The notes beneath the pieces were generated by a model. The model was not told the origin of the DNA. It did no database searches and saw nothing but the letters and a program-made list of their open reading frames with translations. A stretch of 64,000 bases of DNA from Octopus sinensis (Eukaryota), in NCBI RefSeq assembly GCF_006345805.1, contig NC_043005.1, forward strand, positions 60,450,001 through 60,514,000, written 5' to 3'. This document shows positions 13,316 to 27,344 of this stretch, one piece after another (position 1 is the stretch's first letter; each line of letters begins with the position of its first letter). Both the position numbers and the translations under genes were made by a program.

Positions 13316-14991
13316 CCAAATTCACGGAGAGAGAGGATGGAGTAGGAGAAAGAGTAGTATAAGTGAAGGGGGGAAAGAGAAAATAGTATTTCAGTGAAGG
13401 AGAAGTAGTGAGAGTTGAAGCCCTGACAGAGAGAGAGTGAGAGAAAATAAGAATGAGAGAAAGGAAGTGGCAAAGAGCGCATCGTGTATCTTCTATTTTC
13501 CCCCGTCACAACATATGAATGAGAAAGGAAGCAGTGATAGATGAATATGGATGGAAAGGGTGAAAAATAATCAGCATTTCAAATATGTACGGGTGTGCAT
13601 GTTAAAAGGAGGTATGTGAATGTTTGTTTATCTCTGTGTGTGTGTGTGCTGTATGTGTGTGTGTGTGTGTGCTGTATGTGTGTGTGTGTGTGCTGTATGT
13701 GTGTGTGTGTGTGTGTGTGTGTGAATGGAAATTAGATGGCGAACGTTCAACGCTGAAAAGAAAAATCAAGCAGCATTTCAACTTTGAGTATATGCGTGTA
13801 TAATCAATCATGTACACGGAAGGTATGTGAATGTTTGTATCTGTGATTATTATGTACCTTATTTATATATAAAGTATTGCAGTTAGCCATCATTCTTGAC
13901 GGTACAGGGTTGGCTAGTTTCATAATAAAATAGATAAGTCTAATTTTTTTTTACAGATTTGCTTAGGGCGGTAATACAAAATAGAGTTATTATATTTTTG
14001 CTTATATACACATTGAACCACTTTCAGGGTAATTGAACTAATTATTCATGAACAGGTTGTTACATTCTTTTTTAATACATGTCGTTCTTTCACTTCATTT
14101 GGAGGTCTGAATTTGGTATATTCAAAATAATTTGCTATTCCATTATCATCATCGTAAAGTTTTAACATCAATGTCATGAGTTTATAAACCTTTTCAATAT
14201 AAATCTCAAAATATAAATTGCTTGATAGGTAGAATCAATTTGGCAGTTTAACTAGAATATACAGAATGGTTGAATGGAAAGCAGCTTGCAAATACCATAT
14301 ATAATGTATTCCGATCATTAAATAAACAATAAGCAATTCTGTATATGACTTTCCTTTCTTATCCTAACATAATATACTTAATATAAATATATAACGTAAC
14401 ATAAGTTTAACTAAATCAATGATCACAGAATAAATCCTTTTTTTTTTGTCTAAATTTAAAGAGCTACGATACACAAAGCTATTTTTATTTTGAATATTGC
14501 AAGTAACAATACAGATATATTAAGCCCAGGTATATGATAAATAAGCTTTTGTATTTGCCATATATTTTATAATTTCTAACATTGCCGTTTAGATCATAAA
14601 ATCAGTATAATTATATATACTCATATAGTAATATACTTAGCTGTTGTAGCTGTTGTAGCTGTTGTTTGGGTTGATTTTCATGTTGGTCCTGATAGAATGG
14701 ATCTTCGTCGTTTTCTATGGTGTGTGTTCTGTTCACGATTAAAACGTCAAGGTTGACAATGCTAAAACAGTTTTATAAAAAAAAAACATTTCAGTACCAG
14801 TTTCAGTCATTGAGATGTTTTCTACCGTAAGTATGGAAAACAATTAAATTTTGGAAAAATTAAATGTAAAGATTTTAAAAGAATGCTTGCATAGTATTCA
14901 AATACAAGGGTCATTTTCCTTGTTTCTGTCTGTCTCTGTCTCTCTTGTTTACTCTTGTGGATTCAAGGTCGTTGTTAATTCTTGGCAGATA

Positions 14992-15060
14992 AGAAGAAGC
15001 AGAAGAAGAAGAAGAAGAAGAAGAAGAAGAAGAAGAAGAAGAAGAAGAAGAAGAAGAAGG
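14992..15060. repeat. (GAA)n microsatellite
   Basis: Direct reading. Confidence 0.95.
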
Positions 15061-15530
15061 ATGCGGGAGTGCTAGTGAAGGATTTACAACTAAAAGCCCT
15101 ACCATGCAACTCCACACACAGCCCTCTTAACAATGAAGCCTTCGATACCATCCTTCAAAACCTTCCCCTGCTAAAAAAAGGAAAAGAGAATGAACTTAAT
15201 CCTCCAAACACACATCATCATAAAAAGCAAGAGACAACCCAAATGAAAAATCTCCTAACACAAGCCCGAATACGCTCAACAATAATACTGAAGCCATCAG
15301 TAAAAAAATGCGAAAAACCCAACTGTGGGATATGCGACAATTTAATTGAGTGATCAGAGTTCTCCTTCAAAGAGGGACAAAGTTTCACAGTGAAAAGTAG
15401 CTTCACATTTGCTGATCCTGGAGTTCACAGTGCACATAAAGGCAACATAGCGGAATAGGAGCAACCTTAGGTTCTCTGAGGCTATCCTCATACACCAACA
15501 GAAACCCAAAATCAATAATAGAAGGGAATT
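15061..15530 (+). mobile_element. Penelope-like element fragment (RT-GIY linker with Cys cluster; same family as 31570-32830)
   Basis: STHSPLNNEAF...MKNLLTQAR...KKCEKPNCGICDNL..FSFKEGQSFTVKSSFT; possible end EAILIHQQKPKIN. Confidence 0.7.
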
Positions 15531-15775
15531 ACAGAAAGTTAACTGGTTGCTGTAGCAATACCTTTATGCGCATGTCCACTCTACAAACACTCACACACAC
15601 ACACATCGGCAACATTCGCCAATTTCTTGAAAATTGGGTTATAACTCCGAAATATTGAATACAAGGTAAGTCCACATTAATTCACATATTTGATTTCTTG
15701 TAATTTACATTGCATTTACTTCGCATTGCTTTGACCTTATTCTACACAATGGTTCACAGTAAATATTCCATCATA

Positions 15776-15827
<52 letters not shown>

Positions 15828-17039
15828 CATACACACGCATATTTTATGCAAATGTGCATATATAAATATTCATATATAAATACGTATGTACTCATACATA
15901 TGTATATATATATACATGTGTGTGTGTGTGTGTGTGTGTGTATAAATCATTGGAAGAATCAATTTATTAGACGGAGTCCAATAAATGTCATCAAATGAAT
16001 GGACACAGGCTGTGATGGTAATGTGGATTATTTATTTAATTTAACCAGACAGCTGTTTCTGTCGCAAAAGCCCATATTTCAGGCATACAATTGAAGAATA
16101 TGTATTTCAACAAAAGTAATACGCATTATTATATTAACCCAATTGGTACTCATCAGTGGATAATAATAAAATATTTTAATATTCAAAGTTAGTACGTTTA
16201 GTTTTCTTATTTGTGGTCATTATATTGATTTCGTTTTCTAAATATTTTCTTACTTACACTCGCCAAGTCAAATTCTAAACTGAAGGTTACAAGTGTAACT
16301 CTGTTAGTATTCAGTTCCTTTCATTCATATTATTATCTACTCGTTATTTCCTCCCTATATAGTTAATTAAAACTTCGCTCTCGATTCCGCCTTTTTTGCT
16401 GGTCAAAAACGCATGCATATGTACATCTTGAAACATCATATAAGGGATTATATATATATATATTTTAAAATCGTAATGAACATTTTAGTAACTGTCATCT
16501 ATCATATTTTATATAGATTTTTAACCTCGTGTTTAGTTATAAAGAACAATGTAAGATGAATCGATAGCTTAAGCTGTTCTTTATTTAAAGAATTCAATAA
16601 ATTCATACCACTGTTATTTAAATTATGTTAACTATATTTAAATTAACTTTAAACATCTTTGATATACTTATTAAAAGATATCGGCCATCTAGTCATGATA
16701 TTTACGTAAATTTATATATTTACTCTTATACTATGATTCTAAGCCTACTTTTCGGATAAGTATATTCCTTTCGTAATTGACACAAAGCAAATGTACTTAT
16801 TTACCGTGTTATTATACACCCTTACATAAAATGATGTACTTCTTCAATTTCTTATTAAATTATATTAATGCCCAAGTATTAATATTATGTATTATTAAAA
16901 AGATATGTTTTAAACCAATATATTAATCCTTTCTTGAATATTATCATTTACAATATAAGGGGAGATAACATTTCATATTTATAGTGAAATAGAATATACT
17001 GTTAATTCCAGTTATCTTTAGTAGTTCAAGCCTCCTATT

Positions 17040-18010
17040 AGAGGTGTTTTTAAGGATAAATAACGCATCGTCTCTATAAAGGCCTAATCTCTGGGAATCC
17101 GTCGTATAAATAAGATAATAGGTAAATACCCACTAAATCAGATTCCTGTGCTGAATCCGGGGGCCCCATTGTGATGTCGAAATCATTGGGGTGTCGTTCC
17201 TTACCCACAGCGTGTTATCGAATTGTATTACAGATTTCCTAGTTTGTATGATTACCTTAAGTTCATCCATTGTCAATTTGGGTTGTCTTCTTAGCGAAAA
17301 ATCAGAGCGCTATGTAGAACTGTAGGATTAATTGATGAGTAATAGTTCTCTATGTCTATTTGTAGGAACTTATAACTAGTTTTATTCTGTATATTGGAGA
17401 ACCAATTAAGGACGTTGTGTGTATTTGGCCATAATGCTAGACTTATCTTGTTTTTTTATAGTAGGAATATATTTAAGATTAATTTACTTAGGATTTATTG
17501 GGGCAGATTAGTCTAGTTTTCTTATCTGTTAAGAAATATTATTTGTGGTCTTTAATTGTTATGCGGGGTCTCGAAGGTGCGAAAAGTTCACATTTCTCAT
17601 CTAAGTTGTAGTTGGACATAATCTTCTTGGCGGATAAGTTCAAAGATCTTAAAGTGTTATTAAACACTATTTTATATTTATTCGTTATTTCTTTATGCAA
17701 CAGCCATTGGTATAAATTAACGTCTAAATTCTATGTTCCTGGTTTTGTCGGAATGTTCAATAATCTCCTTTTGCGATTTCGGTTTGATTAGTAGGTCCTT
17801 TAAGCTGCTTTGGTATGGATTATTCCTTAGTGGATGATGTTTAAATTTTAGGTTCCTAATATTATCCCGTTGTTTGTTTTCAAAGGCGTCCAGGTACCTG
17901 TGTGGTAGGGGTGTTTTTCTAGTTTTGAAAATTCCTTCAGTAAACTCCTTGCAGGTGTTATTTGGTAGTCCCTGTTTGGTTATTTTCATCGTTGAATAAA
18001 GCTTTCCATC
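17040..18010 (-). mobile_element. Degraded Penelope-like N-terminal/RT fragment
   Basis: Minus strand: EHSDKTRNI, FDITMGPPDSAQESDLVGIYLL, RT catalytic motif GLYRDDAL (~17065-17090); many stops. Confidence 0.75.
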
Positions 18011-19159
18011 ATGAACGGTGGATGAAGTCTGTACATTTTGCAGTCACTCCTTTTAGATAAATATATTTATATATATATATATACATATATTATCTATCTA
18101 TATATATATATCATCTATCTATCTATGCATATATATATATGTTCTATTTATCTATACATATATATACACCTATATATGTTTATTAATACATGCATATGCA
18201 TTCCCATACATATATATATGTGTGTGTGTGTGTGTATCTTTTATATATGCTCATACATATTCACATGTAGATCCATGTATGTATGTTCTTATTGACCAGC
18301 ACTAAATTATTAACATATAAACATACTAGTACATGGAGACATACATTCGATCTAACACTTAAAAATATGTATACATCATACTGTACTTGTTAGCATGTGT
18401 GCACCTATACGTATTAAATACACACTCACAAACACACACATACATATATATATATATACATACATCTATCTTTCATAATAATACAAATCATAAATACATC
18501 AAACAATACAAAAAATGTATATCATTAAATTTGTACACTACATAGCCCAAAAGTCATAATAAAATGGAGAGGATTTCTTCTTCAATAATATATATCAATA
18601 TTAAATATTGTGATCCTATAAGATGGCTTATTTCTTCTTTCATTAATTTTATCTCTATATAATGGCATATAATAATATTTTGCCCCCAAAATATTATATT
18701 CATAAACTTGTAATATATAGTAAGACCATATAATTTTTTTAATATTATACTTTCTCTATAAAAGTACGTTTTATATATATCATATACACCCATATTCATA
18801 CTTATTCACATACACAGAAAAATATACATATGTAAAAACTAATGTCCACACGCGCTTACACTTAGATCCATATGCATACTCATCGGTGTATATACCTGTA
18901 TACATATTGTACATATTCACATGTCCATACATAGGTATATACATATACTCTCTCATATTTAAGTTATTCATATATATACACACATATAGTTATAATCAAT
19001 TTTAGTTGAGTAAAATTTCTATTACAATTTTCTAAATAGCCTTTATAGTGTTCATGTTAGTTAATATCTTTTAAATGTCTAATTTCAGCTATTAATTTAA
19101 TATATTCATGTATATCTATAGTTTTGAAACTGGATTTGAATATCTGACATCAAACCCCA

Positions 19160-19740
19160 TTTCACGTAAGTTTAATAAGTAGGTACTTATTGATGTGTTT
19201 ACATGAAAATACATCCTCATTTCTTATGTTGATAATGTTTCTCTTCCTTTCATTATCTCCTTCTAAGCATAATCTACAACATTTATTATCAATTTTGTAA
19301 CTTGGTGTGTGTGCTAAAATGTTCCATTTAATTGTGTAGTTAACTTTATTTCTTTTAAATTGCCATATTTTTCTTGATAACCCTGTACTATTCATTTTAT
19401 TTTGGTCCCTGAATGTCCATTCATGATTCGCTATTCTACATGTAACACAGTTCTCCGTTGACCCTGTATAGAAACATTCACTCATATCCTGTGTAGTTAT
19501 TGTCTAACTTGCATCTTTCAGGGTCTCAACAATTACAGCTTTTATTTTGCGTAGGTGTCCTTACAGTTATCCATAGTTCCCTTCCAATTTTCTTCTACTA
19601 TTTTGTTATGAGTCTTTCTAGCCATTTCTGTTTAATATTTCCCTAGAATTTATCAAGTTTTCTGTTATTTATCGATGATATTATCCTAAATAAGTTTGGG
19701 AAAACAGACAATCCAAATCTTATATATTTCCCATTAACTA
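19160..19740 (-). mobile_element. Degraded Penelope-like linker and GIY-YIG endonuclease fragment
   Basis: FPNLFRIISSINNRKL; FYTGSTE; NSTGLSRKIWQFK...IKWNILAHTPSY...CCRLCLE...INIRNEDVFSCKHINKYLL. Confidence 0.75.
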
Positions 19741-19813
19741 TTTTTTCATATGTGTGTGTGTGCCTGTTTATTTGTGTCCCGGGAGAGTCATACTGCCTTA
19801 ATGCAAAATTGAA

Positions 19814-19852
<39 letters not shown>

Positions 19853-19960
19853 CATACATACATACATACATACATACATACATACATACATACATACATG
19901 CATTCATACATACATACATGCATGCATTCATACATACGTACATAAATAGATAGTATACGA

Positions 19961-20011
<51 letters not shown>

Positions 20012-20798
20012 CTAGGCGTATAGATCTATATACCCTGATTTTTTAATCTTTCCGTCTAATAAGATTTGGTATAAAAATGTCAAGAATAAGAGCCAAAATT
20101 GTAATTAAATTCCATCTATCTATACATATAAACACACGCGGACGCGTGCTCGGAGCGTACATACGCTCATATCCACACCCTTAGATGACCAATACACAGC
20201 CCAATAGTATTTGATTCTTCTCTTATCTCTTAAATAATGTGACTGACCATACAAATCTTTTGTTCTTGTCGCCTCCCTTTCACCAAGGTATACGTCAGTA
20301 TGTATACGTATCTAAACCACATACATAATTGTGCGTGTCTATACTATATACACGTTATTGTTATCTCTATATCTTCTTTGTGTATGTATGACTGTGTGTC
20401 TGCCTGCATTTGAACGGGCTCATGTACATGTGTGTATGCGTGTGTGCGCGTGTCCATACATCTCTGCTGTTTCTGTGTGACTCCATGTCTGCGTGAGTTT
20501 TCTTTTCTTTTCTTTTTCATTCTAGTGTAAGCGCGTGCGTATATTTGCATACATTTTCTACTTTTGGAGAGAATATTCTGTAGGCATCAACATTGACTTT
20601 CTCACTTGTAACGCCTGTATGTTCCGAAAATGTAATTGTCCCCAAATAAAGATCACTTCATATTCTAAGCTCCGATGAAGCTATACGATGTTATCCGAGT
20701 ACTCAACTAAGAGTCCACCGCATTTTATAGCAGAAACTTCATGAGGTTCATGACATAATCTTTGTTTCTTCCAATATCATCATTCTGTTCTTCGGAGC

Positions 20799-20846
<48 letters not shown>

Positions 20847-21017
20847 AAATTTATAGAAAAACAAAAGATGAAGACAGGTTTATGAATGACAAGGAAGTGT
20901 TTTACTTTGACGATCGGGAAAATGAAAAAGTCATTTACATTCCGAGCCTACGCACGTCAACAGAAAGAAATATAAGTAAACACAAAGAGAATAAAAAAAA
21001 AATTGTAGTTTGCAGCA

Positions 21018-21134
<117 letters not shown>

Positions 21135-21199
21135 AAAGCTCAATTTTCCTTCCTGAACCATAGCCAGCACGGACTTTTTATCTATACATATTCTCCCCA

Positions 21200-22090
21200 A
21201 TCAGGACCTTAATATTTTGCTGCTTGTCCTGCGTATCTGTCCCTTTTGTGCATCAGGTATTTGGTCAATATTTCTTTATCCTGGATTGCAAAGCGCATAC
21301 TTTCCAAAGTGGGAGTTAGCAATCTGGTCACTGGTCCATGACAGATTCGTTTGGTGATCAATATTACTATCACCACGGAGTTTTCTACTAACATATCCAT
21401 GCATAGTCTTCTGGTGATATACGCTCCTACATTCATCTGATGATACATTGCAGTAAGATTGTGCGACTACTTTCAGCATGTGTTTAAGGTCATCAAACAA
21501 GGAATGCTGCTCAAGAGCTGCTTTCCAAGTCTTATGATGTTACCATCCTCATGTATGCAAACTTGTTTAAGTGATGTACTTCGACACTTAATGGTTAAAA
21601 GATGTTGCCGAAGGGATATGATACGACATTCAAAGGCAGTCTGGATTGATGCTAAGCCTCTGCCCCCGTTTTCGTTTTACCTACAGGCGGTCTGCGTCAT
21701 TGTTGATGTGAAAATGATATGTGCTCGTTAGTATATTCACTGTTTTCATATCAATAGCTCGGATCTCATCAAACGGCCAATCAACTAGACTAGATTATCT
21801 TTATTTTCTTTATTCGACTCTAATATTCTTTAGTGACATGTATCTTGTTATTGGTGGCATCGTAGGATGCCAACTGTAACATTCACCCCAAGGCACCTGC
21901 AACATGCTTCGTGCAATACAAGAGAAACAGGTAAATCATTGATGGAGATCTTGTTGGTCTGCTTTATGGTTTTCCTCTTTTCAAAATCATTTAGCCAAAT
22001 TCATCCTGATCAAACATAAACCCTATATCATTTGAAAACATTATAACCAAGACAAGGCTCTTTTTCGGGTCATTCATATTCTTTGCATAT
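21200..22090 (-). mobile_element. Degraded R4/Dong-like LINE fragment (RT thumb region, third family)
   Basis: SNDIGFMF, DWPFDEIRAIDMKT, DADRL..GGRGLASIQTAFECRIISLRQHL, KTMHG, AIQDKEILTKYL across frameshifts. Confidence 0.7.
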
Positions 22091-22189
22091 TGTTTCAAGT
22101 CATACAGTATTCATCCACAATGAGTAGGTTTTGTATTTCTGATTCTTTGTGAATCAGTGAGATATCATTCAGAAATCCTATATATGTGT

Positions 22190-22385
22190 CTATGTATGTA
22201 CGTACGTATGTATGTATGTATGTATGTATGTATGTATGTATGTATGTATGTATGTATGTATGTATGTATGTATGTATATACGTATGTATGTATGTATGTA
22301 TGTATGTATGTATGTATGTATGTATGTATGTATAATGCATGCATGCGTGTATATATGTTTGTATGTATGTATGTATGCATGTATG
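22190..22385. repeat. (ATGT)n microsatellite
   Basis: Direct reading. Confidence 0.95.
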
Positions 22386-23042
22386 ATGAACTTTTGAATC
22401 GGTTTCGCAGTGGGAAATGATTTTGGCGTGCAATTAAACTAGACCAAACGATTATTTATTATAATTCACTCAACTGACCATAATATTTGTTGAATAAAAT
22501 TTTAGCATATCCATAAAAAGCCTACATATGCGTGTCTATGCGTGTGTTTGTGTGTGTATGTGTGTGTTTGTGTGTATGATTGTGTGTGTATGTATGCGTT
22601 AGTGTGTGTGTGTGCGTGTGTGCGTGTGTGCCCGTGTCTGTGTGTGTGTGCGTGTGTGCCCGTGTCTGTGTGTGTGTGCGTATGTGTGTGTGTGTGGGCG
22701 TGTGTGTGAACGAAACTGATATTGCTCATTTGCGAGCCAATGAATGTTTGCTGAATTTTTGATCAACGGTTCATTTGCTTAGTCATTATATTTTAGTTTA
22801 TGATACATTTCAGTTAACTTGAAGCTTTGGACTGGTTTTGACTATAGATTAGTTGATCAACATTTCCTGCGGGAGATATATCAATGAATACTAGCTTAAA
22901 GTTTTTAGCTTAATAGGCTATAGAAATTAGATGAACATGCAATTGCAACAAATTTCATCAATTGATTGTTTAATGAATCTTGATCAACAGAATGTTTGAT
23001 GAAATTCATTTAAATTGACCGTGTGATTTAATTCCAACCGTT

Positions 23043-24004
23043 GTCGTTTTGGTGAAAATCAGTCCTCCTATCTTTTAACATACTACTTGCCTATAGATTT
23101 CATTCCGTCGTTTTGGTGAAAATCAGTCCTCCTATCTTTTAACATACTACTTGCCTATAGATTTCATTCCGTCGTTTTGGTGAAAATCAGTCCTCCTATC
23201 TTTTAACATACTACTTGCCTATAGATTTTATTCCGTCGTTTTGGTGAAAATCAGTCCTCCTATCTTTTAACATACTACTTGCCTATAGATTTCATTCCGT
23301 CGTTTTGGTGAAAATCAGTCCTCCTATCTTTTAACATACTACTTGCCTATAGATTTCATTCCGTCGTTTTGGTGAAAATCAGTCCTCCTATCTTTTAACA
23401 TACTACTTGCCTATAGATTTTATTCCGTCGTTTTGGTGAAAATCAGTCCTCCTATCTTTTAACATACTACTTGCCTATAGATTTCATTCCGTCGTTTTGG
23501 TGAAAATCAGTCCTCCTATATTTTAACATACTACTTGCCTATAAATTTCATTCCGTCGTTTTGGTGAAAATCAGTCCTCCTATCTTTTAACATACTGCTT
23601 GCCTATAGATTTCATTCCGTCGTTTTGGTGAAAATCAGTCCTCCTATCTTTTAACATACTACTTGCCTATAGATTTCATTCCGTCGTTTTGGTGAAAATC
23701 AGTCCTCCTATCTTTTAACATACTACTTGCCTATAGATTTTATTCCGTCGTTTTGGTGAAAATCAGTCCTCCTATCTTTTAACATACTACTTGCCTATAG
23801 ATTTCATTCCGTCGTTTTGGTGAAAATCAGTCCTCCTATCTTTTAACATACTACTTGCCTATAGATTTCATTCCGTCGTTTTGGTGAAAATCAGTCCTCC
23901 TATCTTTTAACATACTACTTGCCTATAGATTTCATTCCGTCGTTTTGGTGAAAATCAGTCCTCCTATATTTTAACATACTACTTGCCTATAGATTTCATT
24001 CCGT
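23043..24004. repeat. Minisatellite, 15 near-identical copies of a 64-bp unit
   Basis: Unit ttccgtcgttttggtgaaaatcagtcctcctatcttttaacatactacttgcctatagatttca recurs every 64 bp (23103, 23167 ... 23999). Confidence 0.97.
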
Positions 24005-24304
24005 AGACCTAACCTCGAAATATTGCCTATAAATTCATCCTACAATTTGCGCACACTTTAGGGAGCACAAATTCGTTCAGTTTATATTTTGGAGGAAATT
24101 CAATTAAATAACCGTTTGAAAAACCTAATTAGTTGTCCATTTTAATATACTTCTATCAACTAACCGTCCTCTTTAACATATCCTATATGTGTGCCTAGTT
24201 TAACCCTGAAATTATAGCCCTATATTTTAATCTATAGCATAGCTTTTCGATTAAGTGCAAGTTATCGTTTTAACCTATAAATAGCCTACATATTATATGT
24301 TTCT

Positions 24305-24528
24305 TTTTTACCCACAAGGGGCTAAACATAGAGGGGACAAACAAGGACAGATAAACGGATTGAGACGATTACATCGAGCCCAATGCTTAACTGGTACTTA
24401 ATTTATCGATCCCGAAACGATGAAAGGAAAAGTTGACCTCGGCGGAATTTGAACTTAGAACGTAACGGCAGACGAAATACGGCTACACATTTCGCCCGAC
24501 GTGCTAACGGTTCTGCCAGCACGCCGCC
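24305..24528 (-). mobile_element. SINE family B, near full length
   Basis: cccacaaggggctaaac...gattacatcgagccc...ttatcgatcccgaaacgatgaaagg...ggcggaatttgaac...ttctgccagc; A/B-box-like head on the minus strand. Confidence 0.85.
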
Positions 24529-25525
24529 TTATTGGTGCCTACATATTATAGTCTATAGTTTAGCCTGTGATTTAATAGCCTACGGTTTTAGCCTAGAGCA
24601 GTTAGAGGGAAATAGGTCAATCGTCTGCTTCAGAAAAATAAGTCAAATTACTGCTGAAGGAAAATCGACGAGCATTTTGCTTGCGGAAATATAATCAATC
24701 GTCCGATTGCTACAATTCGAACATGTCCCCGATTGAGGATATTCAATCATTTGACAATTTAATAACATTTTATTAATACACTGTTTGAGGAAATTCTATG
24801 AAATGTCCGCTTGAATAAGTTTTATACTTTGTCCGTTTTGGGAAATTAACTAGGACACAAAAGCAAAACAGACATTATGGTATCTCACACGGAATAAAGA
24901 AGGGAAATTAGGCGTAAAGTGACGAAATGACAGGAGTGTTGAATCATTGTGTATAAGATATAATCATTTTGATGAGCATAGTAACACCCACTATATAAAC
25001 TGGTGGGCCATGCAGTTGTAGATTTTCGTTAATGTGTTTAAAATTTGTCAGTGTAATCGTTTCCATTATTGCTGAGGTTACCTGAAACTGTAGAAGAGCT
25101 GAAAGAATGGCAGGTTTATAGTTACATCTGTTTACTTTCAGATTTCCAACTCTATCAATGTCACATTTGAATACTAACCATCTCGGCTCGGAGAGGTAAT
25201 TACTGACAGAATCGTGTGTCAATATTAATTGTGTAAGCCATCTTCAAGACGTTCCTTCATCAATATATGCGTATGTTCAAAATGTGTATATGATAATTTT
25301 AAGACAGTATTAATGTAATGGAATTTATTTACTAAAAACGAACTAATTTGTGATCCCAAAAAGATTTCATTACTATTTCTAGCTAACCAAAATTACCATG
25401 GTTGACAATGATACTATGCGTATGTATTTGTTTCTTTACCGTCACCATCATATGATTTGTATTTCAAGCAATACTTAATTATATGTCTCTATAGGTGTAT
25501 ATATACTTGTATATACATACATACA

Positions 25526-25580
<55 letters not shown>

Positions 25581-26079
25581 ATATACATATTTGTGTGTGT
25601 GTGTGTGCGTTAGCTACATATTTCGCTTCACCTAGACGAATTCATCTGTAAAATGAAATGCTTTGATTCCTATACTGATAATATTAATGAGGATATTTTG
25701 ATTTCAAAACTGCAATGGGATCACGACAGAATTAACGTCCATAGAAATAACGCTGATCGTACGTTATTGATTTTAGTTATGATAAGGATAATATTCCTGC
25801 TTCCGAGCTTATTACCAGACCCTACATAGTTCTGTATCATTACAGATATTGCTACTTCCTAATATTCACTACTTCACTAACTACAAAGAAGAGGAGAATG
25901 GTTATTATCGAATCTATCACAATGACAACTAACAGATCACTAGTGAGAAAATCCATTCGAATAGAAAAACATGATGATTACCTTATAATATATTGACAGA
26001 ATTATATAATACATATATTCGTATGTATCATATTATATATGTTATACACGCACGTTATATTGTTTTTTTATATACCCAG

Positions 26080-27050
26080 GCCTATTCCCAATTATTTGGG
26101 AGCGGGTAGCCGCAAAAAATTACACACACTAGGCATTCCATTCATTTCCCGGCTCAAGAGGCGAGCCCGTTCTATGCTCGGGTGAAGGCATAGAACGCAA
26201 CCCCAAATATCAGCAGTGGGGCCCGACAGCATATGCTGGTTTATCTCCGCCACATCATACTGGTTCCGTACCACTTGGAGCAACATTTGATTCACTCATC
26301 CGTCCACAAATACTCTCCAAGCTTTCGTATCATTTATAATCTCTTTTGCCTCTCTCACTCCTACAACTCTAACCGCCAAAGATTTTGTCACTCTATCCAT
26401 CCACATAAACGAGGACCGGTTCTGCTGCATATCATTTCTGCCTTCATAACACTTCTTACCATCCGTTCCTCAACCATCTTCTCCATGTGGACAAACCATC
26501 TCAACATTCGTCTATCCATTTTGTTTGTTAGTTTTTCTCTCATTCTTGCTCGCCTTCGCACCTCTTCATTATTTATTCTGCCATCTGTATTACACCAAAC
26601 ATAGTCCTCATACATCTCATCTCAAACACATCTAGTCGCCTCCTTTTCGCCTGTCTCAGCCCCCACGTCTCTGCACCATATAACATTGTCGGCGCAATCA
26701 CGCCCTCATACACAACATTTTTGCGTTCATACTCAACTTTTTATCCCTCAGCATACCTTTTAGATCTCCAAGTATATTAAACCCCTCCCGCACTCTATAT
26801 CCCACTTCCTAAGCCAACACTCTATCCGCCGTCAACTCCTCTAAAATCTCATCACCTTACACTAAGCTACATTCACTTTCAGTTTCCTTCTCTCACACAC
26901 TCTTCCAAACCCTACCTCTAGTCTCCCCGGTTACACTTCGGAATCCGCTACCAGTGCTGTATCATCAGCAAACAACTGACTCACCTGCCATTTCTTACCA
27001 TTTTCTCCCACCATATGGGCTCCCCTACCAAAGGTTCTCTCACCACACCA
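26080..27050 (-). mobile_element. RTE-clade LINE 3' fragment (RT catalytic motif, thumb, 3' UTR)
   Basis: [12 protein letters not shown] (~26940-26975), YGAETWGL, RRRLDVFEMRC, INNEEVRRR..RMLRWFVHMEKM. Confidence 0.85.
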
Positions 27051-27054
27051 TCAT

Positions 27055-27093
<39 letters not shown>

Positions 27094-27175
27094 CAAGCAT
27101 ACACACGCATATATATTGTATGTACATGTATATATGGGTGTGAATATATATGTGCGTGGGTTGGGGGTACATACG

Positions 27176-27245
<70 letters not shown>

Positions 27246-27313
27246 TAGATAAACTTAGATGTGTTTCGACCAATGATTGGTCCAGGCCATGTCTAACTTA
27301 ATAGCACCACCTG

Positions 27314-27344
<31 letters not shown>

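Noticed and set aside
23043-24004. 64-bp repeat array as a CRISPR array or retrozyme
   Set aside because: Units are contiguous with no unique spacers, there are no cas genes, the context is eukaryotic, and no CUGAnGA/GAAA core is present on either strand
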